This document shows, in pieces, positions 29,202 through 38,915 of a stretch of DNA of 64,000 nucleotides. This DNA is from an uncultured Devosia sp. (lineage in GTDB: Bacteria; Pseudomonadota; Alphaproteobacteria; Rhizobiales; Devosiaceae): NCBI GenBank assembly GCA_964487765.1, contig CAZASR010000001.1:32320-96319 (forward strand), read 5' to 3'. The first letter of the stretch is position 1; every line of letters starts with the position of its first letter. The notes beneath the pieces were generated by a model, which saw only the letters and a program-made list of their open reading frames with translations, was not told the origin of the DNA and made no database searches. Made by a program: the position numbers and the translations under genes.

Positions 29202-30146
29202 TCATGCTCGAGCGCGTCGCAGCGCCTGCGGCGGTTGCCCGAGGCCGCGCAGGAAGGCGCGGCGCATGCGGCCGGGATCGCCAAAGCCCATCTTCTCGGC
29301 GATGCGCTCGAAAGAGTCGCCGCTGCTTTCGACCGCGGTCCGCGCCGTTTCGAGCCGCAGGCGCTCGACGGCCTTGGCGGGCGTGGTGCCGGTTTCGGCG
29401 GTGAAGGCGCGGGCGAAGTTGCGCGGACTCATCGCGGCGCGCTCGGCGAGGTGCTCGACGGTAAGCCGTTCGTCGAGGTTGAGGCGCATCCAGTCAATCA
29501 AGTTCGCGAAGCGGCCGGTCCGTCCACCGAGCTCGACCAGCGCGGAGAATTGCGATTGGCCGCCCGGCCGCCGCTGATGGACCACCAGTTGCTGCGCAAC
29601 GCGACGCCCCATGTCGGGGCCGAGATCGTCCTCGATCAGCGCGAGCGCGAGATCGATACCCGCGGAGATGCCCGCCGAGGTCCAGATGTTGCCGTCATGG
29701 ATGAAGATGCGCTCGGCATCCACCTTCACGTTCGGGTAACTGCGCTGCAGGCGCTCGGTGCTGTCCCAATGCGTAGTGGCACGCCTGCCGTCGAGCAGTC
29801 CGGCCTCGGCAAGGAGGAAGGCGCCCGAACAGACGCTGGCGATGCGACGGGCCGTTACGGCCTTGAGCCAGGCGACGATCTGGTTCGCAGCCGTCGGCGA
29901 GCGGATGATCTCACCGCCCGATACGATAATCGTATCGAAGGGTCCCTCGCGCAGAGGTTCGGCGGCAAGGCTGACGCCGGCCGAGCTTTCCACGCGCCCC
30001 GTCGCGCGGGAAATGCCGGGAGCCATCACGGTGAGGTCGTAGCTCCCTGGCCGGTAGCGCTCCGCCATCTCGAACGCGGCCGTCGGTCCGGCTGTGTCCA
30101 GCAGCTGGAAGCCGGGGTGAAGAATGACGGCAACGCTTCGTGTCAT
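29202..30146 (-). CDS. GlxA family transcriptional regulator (DJ-1 + AraC)
   Basis: SVCSGAF, TTHW, TSAGISAGID, RRPGGQSQFS and MSPRNFAR. Confidence 0.92.
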   Translation of the reverse strand: MTRSVAVILHPGFQLLDTAGPTAAFEMAERYRPGSYDLTVMAPGISRATGRVESSAGVSLAAEPLREGPFDTIIVSGGEIIRSPTAANQIVAWLKAVTARRIASVCSGAFLLAEAGLLDGRRATTHWDSTERLQRSYPNVKVDAERIFIHDGNIWTSAGISAGIDLALALIEDDLGPDMGRRVAQQLVVHQRRPGGQSQFSALVELGGRTGRFANLIDWMRLNLDERLTVEHLAERAAMSPRNFARAFTAETGTTPAKAVERLRLETARTAVESSGDSFERIAEKMGFGDPGRMRRAFLRGLGQPPQALRRARA

Positions 30147-30230
30147 GGCAGGTTTCGCCCGATTTATGTCATTTCGGCCATTGTCGGGCCTGAATAGACT
30201 GCAGTCAACCTGCAAACCCGGAGGACCAGA

Positions 30231-31376
30231 ATGAGGAAGCGCATGATTGTGTGGGGACTCATTGGTGTTGTGATCATCGCGGCGGGCGGTTTCGCTGTTT
30301 GGCTCGCGACGCTGCCGGCTGATGTTACGGCAGCGCCGCCGCCCGTGCCGGCGACAGAGTCGGCTGCGGTGCTCGAGGCCCTCAAGCCCAAGCGCGAGCG
30401 CCCCGTCGTTGCCGTTATCGGCCTCAACGACGCAACCGAAACGACCGACTACATCGTGCCGGCGGGCATCCTGCGGCGCGCGGACGTCGCCGAAGTGCTG
30501 CTGCTCGCGGCGGCTCCGGGCCCGGTGCAGCTCTATCCTGCACTGAACGCGGTCGAGCCCGATGCGACGGTCGCCGAGTTCGACGCGGCTCATCCCGATG
30601 GCGCGGATTATGTGATCGTCCCGGCGATGAGCCGCGACGACGATCCGACGGTGATGGCCTGGCTACGCCAGCAGTCGGACAAGGGGGCGATGATCCTATC
30701 CGTCTGTGCGGGAGCCAAAGTAGCTGCGGCGGCAGGCCTGCTCGATGGCAAGCGTGCCACGACGCACTGGTACTATCTCAAGGACCTCCTCAACCGGAAT
30801 CCCACGATTGACTACGTTGCGGACCGCCGCTTCGTCATCGACGGGCGGGTGGCATCGACCACTGGCATTACGGCTTCGACCCCGATGATGCTCACACTGA
30901 TCGAGGCCATCGGCGGTCGCGACAAGGTAGAGGCCGTGGCTCGCGATCTCGGTGTCGACCATTGGGATGCGCGACATGCGAGCATCTCATTCCGCTTCAG
31001 CCGGCCATTTGCAAGCACCGTCCTGGGCAACGTGCTCGCCTTCTGGAACCGCGATGAGTTCGGCATCGCGCTGGAGCCCGGGATCGACGAAGTTGCCTTG
31101 GCTCACATCGCCGATGCGTGGTCGCGTACCTACAGGTCCAAGGCGGTCACCTACGCAGCGTCGAACGCGGCAGTCGTAACGGCGAACGGGATACGCGTTC
31201 TGCCGGGCAAGGTGGCGGAAGACTGGCCTCAAGAACGTGTGGTCTCGGTACACGCCGACCAGCCTGAGACAGTCCTCGATCTCAATCTTGCGGCGATCGC
31301 GGACCGCTACGGCCCGAGCACGGCCAAGGTGGTCGCCATGCAGCTCGAATATCCCGGCCCGACCGCGGTTCAATGA
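30231..31376 (+). CDS. DJ-1/PfpI family protein with N-terminal membrane anchor
   Basis: SVCAGA, ATTHW and VAMQLEYP; N-terminal TM segment. Confidence 0.85.
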   Translation: MRKRMIVWGLIGVVIIAAGGFAVWLATLPADVTAAPPPVPATESAAVLEALKPKRERPVVAVIGLNDATETTDYIVPAGILRRADVAEVLLLAAAPGPVQLYPALNAVEPDATVAEFDAAHPDGADYVIVPAMSRDDDPTVMAWLRQQSDKGAMILSVCAGAKVAAAAGLLDGKRATTHWYYLKDLLNRNPTIDYVADRRFVIDGRVASTTGITASTPMMLTLIEAIGGRDKVEAVARDLGVDHWDARHASISFRFSRPFASTVLGNVLAFWNRDEFGIALEPGIDEVALAHIADAWSRTYRSKAVTYAASNAAVVTANGIRVLPGKVAEDWPQERVVSVHADQPETVLDLNLAAIADRYGPSTAKVVAMQLEYPGPTAVQ

Positions 31377-31387
31377 GGCGAGGTAAA

Positions 31388-31972
31388 ATGTCCAAATCGA
31401 TCCTTTACATGTCCATGTCGCTCGACGGCTACATTGCCGGCCCCAACGACAATCCGCAGAATCCCGGGGGCGATCGCTTCATGCGGCTCCACGAATGGTT
31501 CGGCGACTTCTCACGACCGGACGGGCCAGTAGGCGAGCTGTTCGATGAGATGAACGATTTCGGCGCCATCCTCGCGGGCCGGAATACGGTCGAGCAGGTC
31601 GATCACTGGAACGGCGACCGGAACGGCGTTCGTATCTTCGTTCCATCACACCGGCCGCCCGATCCCGCGACCGCGAAATATCGGCTGGTCACCTATGTGA
31701 CCGACGGGATCGAGAGCGCGATGGCGCAGGCCAAGGCCGCCGCCGGCGACCGCCACGTTCTGGTGCATGGCGCCTACACCGCCCAGAGCGCACTCGAGGC
31801 CGGCGTTCTCGACGAGTTGCAGATCCATCTGATCCCGGTGCTGTTCGGCGGTGGCAAGCGGCAATTCGATGTGCTGCGCGAGCGTGTCGAACTTGAAGTC
31901 CTCAGGGTGATCGATACGCCCGAGGCGACGCATATCCGCTATCGCGTGAACGGCCGGCGCGAGGCGCCGTGA
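31388..31972 (+). CDS. RibD C-terminal / dihydrofolate reductase-like protein
   Basis: MSMSLDGYIAG and LDELQIHLIPVLFGGG. Confidence 0.88.
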   Translation: MSKSILYMSMSLDGYIAGPNDNPQNPGGDRFMRLHEWFGDFSRPDGPVGELFDEMNDFGAILAGRNTVEQVDHWNGDRNGVRIFVPSHRPPDPATAKYRLVTYVTDGIESAMAQAKAAAGDRHVLVHGAYTAQSALEAGVLDELQIHLIPVLFGGGKRQFDVLRERVELEVLRVIDTPEATHIRYRVNGRREAP

Positions 31973-31999
31973 CAGCATCGTCTAACGCAAGAGGTACTT

Positions 32000-32335
32000 A
32001 TGAGCGCGCATATCCAATACGAGCAGATTCCAGGGGCAGGAACCAGCTCAGCCATGTTCGAGCAGCCGGAGCTGCGAAGCGGCATATCTGCGTTCCTTGT
32101 GAATATTCCGAAGGGGCGCGGGCCCAAGGCCCACAAGCATCCTTACGCCGAAACGTTTTTCATTCACTCGGGGGTGGGCGAATTCGTTGTGGACGGATTG
32201 GCGCATAAGGCGGACGCGGGGGATATCGTCGTCGTCCACGCTGGCGAAGTCCATCAGTTTACGAGTGTCGGGGATGTGCCTCTTGCTATGACCTGCGTCC
32301 ACGCGTCGGACAAAATGGAGACCGAATGGATATAG
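32000..32335 (+). CDS. Cupin domain protein
   Basis: HKHPYAE and GEVH cupin motifs; GAGG RBS. Confidence 0.85.
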   Translation: MSAHIQYEQIPGAGTSSAMFEQPELRSGISAFLVNIPKGRGPKAHKHPYAETFFIHSGVGEFVVDGLAHKADAGDIVVVHAGEVHQFTSVGDVPLAMTCVHASDKMETEWI

Positions 32336-32594
32336 CTTCGTCCGCCGCGTGCGGCGGCAAGGGCATTTCGACCTGCGGCCCGGACGTGTGGCCTCGAGGA
32401 AATGACACGTTCCGCACAGCCACCTTTGCCGCCGCACTCGCGATCATCACGCAGACTGACCTGCTGATGGGTTCATCGAGCCGGAACTAAAGCACGACAC
32501 TCCCAAAGGCGTGTTCGAGCAATAGGGGAGGACCAGCCCAGATGCAGCCCGGCGGCCGCGGCAGGCGCATGGATCGACCAACAGGAGGACAGCC

Positions 32595-33242
32595 ATGTCA
32601 CGTGTCTATGTTCAGAACTTCTCGATCTCACTCGATGGCTTTGGAGCCGGCGAGGGGCTCAGTCGCGAGGCACCCTTCGGCCATGCGGGCGAACGGCTGC
32701 ACGAATGGATGTTCGAGACGCGATGGTGGCATGAGAGAAGCGGCGAGCTGGGCGGAACCAGCGGAATCGATGACATCCTTGTCCGCCGGCACGATATCGG
32801 AATCGGTGCCGAGATCATGGGTGCCGGTAAGTACGGCTATCCAGGGTGGAACGACAACCCCGACTGGAAGGGTTGGTGGGGGCCAAATCCGCCGTTCCAT
32901 TCGCCGGTCTTCGTTATGACCCGTCACACGCGTCCGCCCATCAAAATGGAAGGCGGCACCTCGTTCCATTTCGTCGATGCTTCGCCGGCCGAGGTCCTCG
33001 AGTCGGCGCGCGAGGCAGCCAAAGGCCTCGGCGTTCGCATCGGGGGCGGTGCAACCGTCATCCGCGACTTTCTGGCAGCCGGCCTCGTCGATCACGCGCA
33101 TATTGTCGTGGTACCGATCCTGATCGGCCGCGGTACTCGTCTTTGGGACGGCCTCGAGGCCCTGGACAAGAGTTACGAGGTGGAAGCGGTCGCGTCGCCG
33201 AGCGGGGTCGTGCATGTGACGATGTCACGACACAGTGGTTGA
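32595..33242 (+). CDS. RibD C-terminal / dihydrofolate reductase-like protein
   Basis: SISLDGFGAG, GWWGPNPPF, IGGGA and VPILIGRG. Confidence 0.88.
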   Translation: MSRVYVQNFSISLDGFGAGEGLSREAPFGHAGERLHEWMFETRWWHERSGELGGTSGIDDILVRRHDIGIGAEIMGAGKYGYPGWNDNPDWKGWWGPNPPFHSPVFVMTRHTRPPIKMEGGTSFHFVDASPAEVLESAREAAKGLGVRIGGGATVIRDFLAAGLVDHAHIVVVPILIGRGTRLWDGLEALDKSYEVEAVASPSGVVHVTMSRHSG

Positions 33243-33318
33243 TCATCGAGGCGAGGCCCGGCAGGCGCTGCGACGGGCGCGCAGGGATTTGATCGGCGGT
33301 CAGGCACACCGCGCAGGC

Positions 33319-33600
33319 TCATTTCTTGGGAAGCCTTGCGCTCCATGCCAGCGAATACTTCGATTGGAACATGCTTAGCGCGCCGCCCTGCACCGGGAGG
33401 GTGGCCTGCTGCTCGGCCGGCATACCTCCGGCTTCGAGTAACGCGATGGCTCTTTCTCGCTGCCTGGCCTCGGTAGCCTGTCTGCCATCCTCCCAGCTGT
33501 CGAAGCCGGCATCGACAAAACCAAGGAGCAGGGCTGCCCGCTCGAAATCTCCATCGTGAGCCAGGAACTCCGGAATAGCCACACCGCGCAGCTCATGGTG
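33319..33600 (-). pseudogene. Probable C-terminal remnant of a larger helical/TPR-type regulator
   Basis: ERAALLLGFVDA...RQATE helical tail with no convincing start. Confidence 0.3.
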
Positions 33601-33727
33601 TCATGGATGTCCGCTACTGGCCCGGAGCGGACTCGCTTCATCTGGCGAAAAACTTGTGGTTGCGGGGCAGGGCTTGCTCTCGGCCCTGACTAGTCGCACG
33701 ACAGTACTGAAGGTGTACTTGGCGCTT

Positions 33728-34504
33728 TCAGCCACCGGACCGGAGACGGTTGACCAGTTCTGGTAGGTCGGCCACGCTGACGAGGGTGTAGTCCGGCGCC
33801 GCGAGGTCTGGATCGACGAGCTTCCCTTTGCCGGTGCCAACCATGGCGGCCAGCGCGCCGAGAGCATGCGCACCGGCGATGTCTGTGGTCTGGTCGTCGC
33901 CCACAATCAACGTGTCATGGGCCCCACTCTTCGCATCTTCCAGCGCGCCACGGAAGAACGCGGTCGAGGGCTTTCCGGCCAGGGTAGCTACGCGACCGCT
34001 TGCTGCTTCCAGTGCAGCCACGAAGGCACCAGCATCCAGCATCGCACCGTCGGCGGCGTCCCAGTAAAGGTTTCGCTGCAGCGCCAGCAGGCGGCTCCCG
34101 CTCCGGAGCAGTCGGAAGGCCGCGCTCAGGTTTTCATAGGTGAAGCGCTCACCGACGTCGCCCACGACGACATAGTCCGGGGCCGTTCTGTTCAGGGGTA
34201 GCCCCCTAAACAAGTGCGCCACTCCGTCCGGGAGGAAGAGGTCGGAGAAGCTCGCCCGCTCCTCGACAAGGAGGCGTTGGGCCGCGCTGGCGGCCGTGTG
34301 GATATGTGCTGGCTGGATCCCTTCAAATCCAAGCTCGACGAGTTCTGCCGCCAGCACCTCAGCCGAACGTGAGCTGATGTTGGTGAGAAGACGGACACCA
34401 AGTCCGCAGCGGGTGAGTTCGGCCAGCGCGTGGGGCGCACCCGGTACGGCTCTGCCACTCTCGACCAGCGTTCCTTCGATATCGATCAGCAGTGTGTTGA
34501 TCAC
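33728..34504 (-). CDS. HAD-IIA hydrolase (LHPP/HDHD2-like)
   Basis: DIEGTL, LTN, GKP and GDDQTTDI motifs; GGGAGG RBS. Confidence 0.88.
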   Translation of the reverse strand: MINTLLIDIEGTLVESGRAVPGAPHALAELTRCGLGVRLLTNISSRSAEVLAAELVELGFEGIQPAHIHTAASAAQRLLVEERASFSDLFLPDGVAHLFRGLPLNRTAPDYVVVGDVGERFTYENLSAAFRLLRSGSRLLALQRNLYWDAADGAMLDAGAFVAALEAASGRVATLAGKPSTAFFRGALEDAKSGAHDTLIVGDDQTTDIAGAHALGALAAMVGTGKGKLVDPDLAAPDYTLVSVADLPELVNRLRSGG

Positions 34505-34583
34505 TCAATCCCTCCCAGGATCCCTAGCAGAACGCAGGCTGATGAACACTCGCGCTATGTCGGCATGAGCGCTCCGCTGAAGG

Positions 34584-35690
34584 TCAGCTATCACGCTCTC
34601 CCTGTTCGGTCCGGCTTCTGAATGGCTTGTTGATGCCGCCCTCACGGCTGCTTGCGTAGAGCGCCGTCTCCGCCGGGCTGAGCTCGTAGCTCGCGGTATA
34701 GGCGCGGCGTTCAGGAAAAAGCTTGGTCCCGTCGAAGCGGTAAAGCTCCTCCTTCGTCAGGCGGCGCATCATGTCCGACACGTCGACCTTGTGTACGCCC
34801 TCCCGGAATCTGCCTTCGAAGCGATCGCCGTCGAGAAGCCCCATAAATAGCTGGAAGTCTGCTTCCTTCCCATTGTGCGGCGTAGCCGACATCAGGAGCA
34901 GATTGCGCGTTCTGGTCCCAAGCAACCTGCCAAGCTGATAGCGTTTGGTCTCTTTCACCTCGTTACCGAAGAACGAGGCAGACATGCGATGTGCCTCATC
35001 ACAGATGACTAAGTCCCACTCCGGTGCCGCTTCGAGCTTCGCCTGCAGCTCTGCCGAGCGCGACAACATATCGAGTCGCACGATCAGGCGCTTCTTCTCG
35101 GCAAAGGGGTTGCCTGTGAGCGAGGCTTCGATCTGCTCACGGCTTAAGAGATCGAAGCCGAGGGCGAACTTCTCACCAAGCTCGTCCTGCCATTGTTCGA
35201 CGAGACTGCCGGGCGCAACGATCATGCAGCGCTCGAGGTCACCGCGAATGATCAGTTCCTTAATGAGCAGACCCGCCATGATCGTCTTGCCGGCCCCCGG
35301 ATCGTCGGCAAGCAGGAAGCGAAGGGGTAGCTTGGGCAGCATGGTCCCGTAGACCGCTGTGATCTGGTGGGGAAGCGCTTCGATCTGAGAGGAACTGATA
35401 GCAAGATAGGGATCGAACAAATGGGCCAGCCGAATGCGCAGCGCCTCGGACGCGAGCTTGACCAGATTGCCGTCAGCGTCGAAGCCGAAGCGTCGTCCCG
35501 ACTGCTCGACCGTCAGGGTGCTGGCCTCGTCTCGGAAGAGGAGACGCTCGCCAACCTTGCCGTTGGCGCGAAAGACCACGTTGACCGCATCGTTTCCAAA
35601 GCGCGAAACGGATACGATCTCAGCTGGACCAGAGGGGTCGAGCCCTGCCACCCGCGCACCTGGCTGCAGGCTCCCCAATTCGTCAGTCAT
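34584..35690 (-). pseudogene. SNF2-family helicase, truncated after motif III
   Basis: LPHQ, LADDPGAGKT, DEAH and SATPH present; helicase-C domain absent; sequence diverges after ETALY. Confidence 0.8.
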
Positions 35691-35713
35691 GCGCCCCTCC
35701 TTGTTCGACCGGC

Positions 35714-36535
35714 CTATGCCGTCCGCGTTTTTCTACGTCGCCAAGCCTTTGCCTTGGAGAAGCGCTCGAAGTCGATCGTCTTGAGGAGGGTCCAGTCAAC
35801 GTCTTCGGGGGGGAGGGCTGTAGCGATCGCTTTCATCTGCTTCGGCGTAAGCCGACCATAGGCACCATGCACGTCGCCAGTCTCATGGCCAACCTGCTTC
35901 ATGATCAGTCGAGCGTCTACTTCGTTGTCGCGGTCGTTGTCGATCTTACCATGTCGCAGCGCATGAAAGACCCATGCCAGTTCGCCTTCCGCCGTATGAT
36001 CCTTGATAAGCCGGTTGCACCGCTTCTGGGCGGCGTCAGCTGGATCCTTGCAGGCCATCAGGGCAGGGAACAAGGGACCGGCCTCGCGCCGAGCCCATTC
36101 GACGAAACCGGCCTCGACTAGGACCTGAGGAATGATGATGATCTCAAGGGATGCCTCTGTTTTGAAAGGCAGCGGCTCCCAGCGCCCATTCCGATAGTCG
36201 TGCGACCTCACGACAAAGAAATGGACGCCATGCAATTCGTAGATATCCTCACGTCGCAACGTCGCCAGTAGCCCGACGCGCCGACCGGTGAGAAGAGCCA
36301 GCGGTGGAAGAAGAGCATCGCTCAGCACCCCGGACGCGATGCCAGCGCGCCAGACCCTCTCAAAGGCCCTTCCGTCCGGAGCAATGCGCTTAATCGACAG
36401 CGGCGCCCGGTCCGGAATCTTGACCTTGGATTTCGCGATAGGGTTGCGGATGTCCGCATCCTCACATCCGAGCGCAATCAGGGCGCGGATATAACTCAGT
36501 CGCCCATCCCGGATGGTCTTGGCCGCCAAGCCACG
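35714..36535 (-). pseudogene. Tyrosine recombinase/integrase catalytic domain, 5'-truncated
   Basis: TGRR, FHALRH and VGH...Y catalytic pattern; the N-terminal part of the ORF is the antisense of the neighbouring gene. Confidence 0.7.
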
Positions 36536-37045
36536 GCCACCGATCCCGACTTTCAGCGGCTTCCCGAGGCCGATCGCGCCGACATGGACACGTTCGTCGA
36601 TAACGCCGCCCTGGTTCTCCCAATCCTTGGCTGCGACCTGTTTCGGCGCCGGCAACGGCCACAGGCGGCCCAACAGGCCGCTCGTGCGGACGGTGCCGAG
36701 GTTGGCAGCCCTATCTTCACCTTCGCCACTGGAGGCGCCGCCGCGACCGGTCAGGAAACAGACGAGGGCTTTATGGTCTTTGCCGGGTCGACCGCCCGGC
36801 GGGCATCCAGCAGCACGTTCCCAGCCGGATACGCAGCGCTCAAGGACAAGTTGGTCGCCAGTGCGCAGCTGGTGGATGGCCTTTCCCCCGACGTCTGGAC
36901 ATTCGGCTCAGATGTGACCTTCAGCAGTCCGAGCGCGGCGGCCTCGATGATTTCGGGGCGCAGTGCCAGCGGGCCGCTGGAGTGGAAGATCCAGCCCCAG
37001 GGTCTTTCATATCGCGATTGGCGCGCGTCCCGCATGGACGACTAA
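36536..37045 (+). pseudogene. DUF4357-domain protein (GIY-YIG nuclease type), 5'-truncated
   Basis: LPEADRADM, FMVFAGS and FSSPSAAA...GRSASGPLEWK; homology extends upstream of ATG 36584 and then stops. Confidence 0.7.
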
Positions 37046-37106
37046 GCTTGCGCTAGACTTCCCCCGCAACTCACCCCGTTGTCGGTCTCGTACTGGGAGG
37101 CGCCGG

Positions 37107-37427
37107 ATGAGACGGGACAGCGACATGGATGTTGACGCTCTTGCTCAGCAGTTGGCTCGGCTGCGGCGTCGCGCGGTCCGCCAGAAGCGCAGTATCGCGT
37201 CGAGCCCCGAAGCTTGGCAGAGATGGTCGGCTACGATGGACGAGATTGCTGGCCTGACCCAGCGGCTCCTCACCTCCCCTGCCCCGGACCTGGACCGCCT
37301 CGCGGTTAAGTTCGGCGCGATCATGTGGCTGATAGAGGTCAATGAGAGCTTGCTCGACGGTGGCGACCTGCGACGGCTGCGGCGGTTCGGCCGCGACCTC
37401 TCCGCCCTCGCCAGCGACCACTCATGA
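37107..37427 (+). CDS. Hypothetical helical protein
   Basis: GGGAGG RBS before ATG; coherent 106-aa ORF. Confidence 0.55.
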   Translation: MRRDSDMDVDALAQQLARLRRRAVRQKRSIASSPEAWQRWSATMDEIAGLTQRLLTSPAPDLDRLAVKFGAIMWLIEVNESLLDGGDLRRLRRFGRDLSALASDHS

Positions 37428-37598
37428 GCATCGTCGGGCCGACATACCCTACTCGTTAGCCTAGACGATCAGTCCGCAAGAAACCTGCTGGACTGTCCAC
37501 GGCGAGCAAGCATGTGTTGCGGTCACTGCCCGGCCACTCCGGGCCCTTGTCGGTAAAGCCGGGCAATCCCGCCTGGGCTAAGCCACAAGGAGCCCACC

Positions 37599-37898
37599 AT
37601 GGCAAAGAAGCCGACCAAACCCACCGGACCCCGCATCGTGCGCGGCAAGGCCGCCAAGAGCCGCAAAGCTGCCCCCACGCCGCCCAAATCGATCAGCAAG
37701 CAGGACCAGGTCCTTGCCCTGCTACGTCGCCAGGACGGCGCCACGATCGACGAGATCGTCGCCGCGACCGATTGGCAGCCGCACAGCGTGAGAGGCTTCC
37801 TCAGCGGTGCGGTCAAGAAGCGACTCGGAATCGGTGTGATCAGCGAGAAGGGCGAGGACGGGGTGCGTCGTTACCACATCGCGGCGCTTAAGTCGTGA
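37599..37898 (+). CDS. DUF3489 domain protein
   Basis: SKQDQVLALL...GATI...WQPHSVRGFLSG...RRYHI; AAGGAG RBS. Confidence 0.88.
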   Translation: MAKKPTKPTGPRIVRGKAAKSRKAAPTPPKSISKQDQVLALLRRQDGATIDEIVAATDWQPHSVRGFLSGAVKKRLGIGVISEKGEDGVRRYHIAALKS

Positions 37899-38159
37899 GC
37901 ACCTCCATGACCTGCACGTTCAGGTGGCGTCCAAGAGGGCGCCACCTCCTCCATCTCCGAGAGCACCTGCGCCCTGATCGGTGCGGTGGCTGAAGCATCG
38001 GCAGATGCCTTTCAGCCCATAAAGAAGCCACTTCGGCTGAAAGCCCCGGGAAAAGCCGTGGCGGAGCAACAACGCCACGGTGCCGTCGAGGCTTAGCGCA
38101 ACTGGCGACGATTTCGGCATCACACGGAGACAAAAAGGCCTGACTCTGCACATGCCGGA

Positions 38160-38175
38160 GTTCCGGGCCTTTGCG
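38160..38175 (+). repeat. 16-bp direct repeat, copy 1 (GTTCCGGGCCTTTGCG)
   Basis: Identical copy at 40507-40522. Confidence 0.6.
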
Positions 38176-38316
38176 AGGGGTCTTTTTCGGCAGAATGACA
38201 CCGCCACCTCGGCTGACGCGCGGCATTTGTCGCGCCCTCACGGAGGCTTGGTCACAGTGGCGGTGGCAATGGCAGCAGCAAATCGGGAAAACTATGAATG
38301 TATGGACTGAAACTGC

Positions 38317-38728
38317 GGGTTGGAGCCGGACCTCATTGTACTATCGGCCGGGAGGACCCTGCAGACCACAGAGTCCGCACCGGCTCGACAGCGGCCGCTC
38401 CTGCTCTAGGAGTCACAGTGTTCAAGCTGTACAAACGGATCAAGCCCATGCGTTCTCCAATGGAAGAACGTCGTTCGTGTCGCTCGCGTACCATCGGCTT
38501 CGCCGCTCGGTCGGACGCGAGCCTCCGGCGCGATGAGGCTCTAGGCATCATGATACCTCGATGCGACGAGCCGGCTTGTATTCGATGCCGACTATTCAAC
38601 CAACGGGCGACCGACGCAGCTCCACTCTGAGCCACCTCGTGCAGGAGCGGCCGCTGTCGAGCCGGTGCGGACTCTGTGGTCTGCAGGGTCCTCCCGGCCG
38701 ATAGTACAATGAGGTCCGGCTCCAACCC
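38317..38728. repeat. Perfect 88-bp inverted repeat (38317-38404 / 38641-38728) with a 236-bp spacer
   Basis: Base-by-base reverse-complement match; an extra 9-bp match (ATGTATGGA) lies 10 bp outside each arm. Confidence 0.95.
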
Positions 38729-38915
38729 TCGCCCTGCCTCCATACATAGCTATTGTTGGGCACTGTAGGTCGGACGGGGCGAGCCAGTGGCCGAACGGAG
38801 CCTATTAGGCCACCCCTAATTCGGGCCGAAACCACTCTTTGCACCCAGATATGATACGCTCTAGCGATTCCACCTCGGACCACTTCGCTAGTCTAAGACT
38901 GAGGCAATAAGTGGA

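Noticed and set aside
31388-33242. Two RibD-C/DHFR-like genes as trimethoprim resistance
   Set aside because: They belong to the generic RibD C-terminal family and lack features of dfr resistance genes.
33609-33632. Small hairpin GTCCGCT-N10-AGCGGAC near the HAD gene
   Set aside because: REP-like, but only one clear copy, which is insufficient to call a repeat family or cassette site.
38317-38728. Inverted repeat as a retron ncRNA, IS or CRISPR element
   Set aside because: No reverse transcriptase, transposase, target-site duplication or spacer array in the window.
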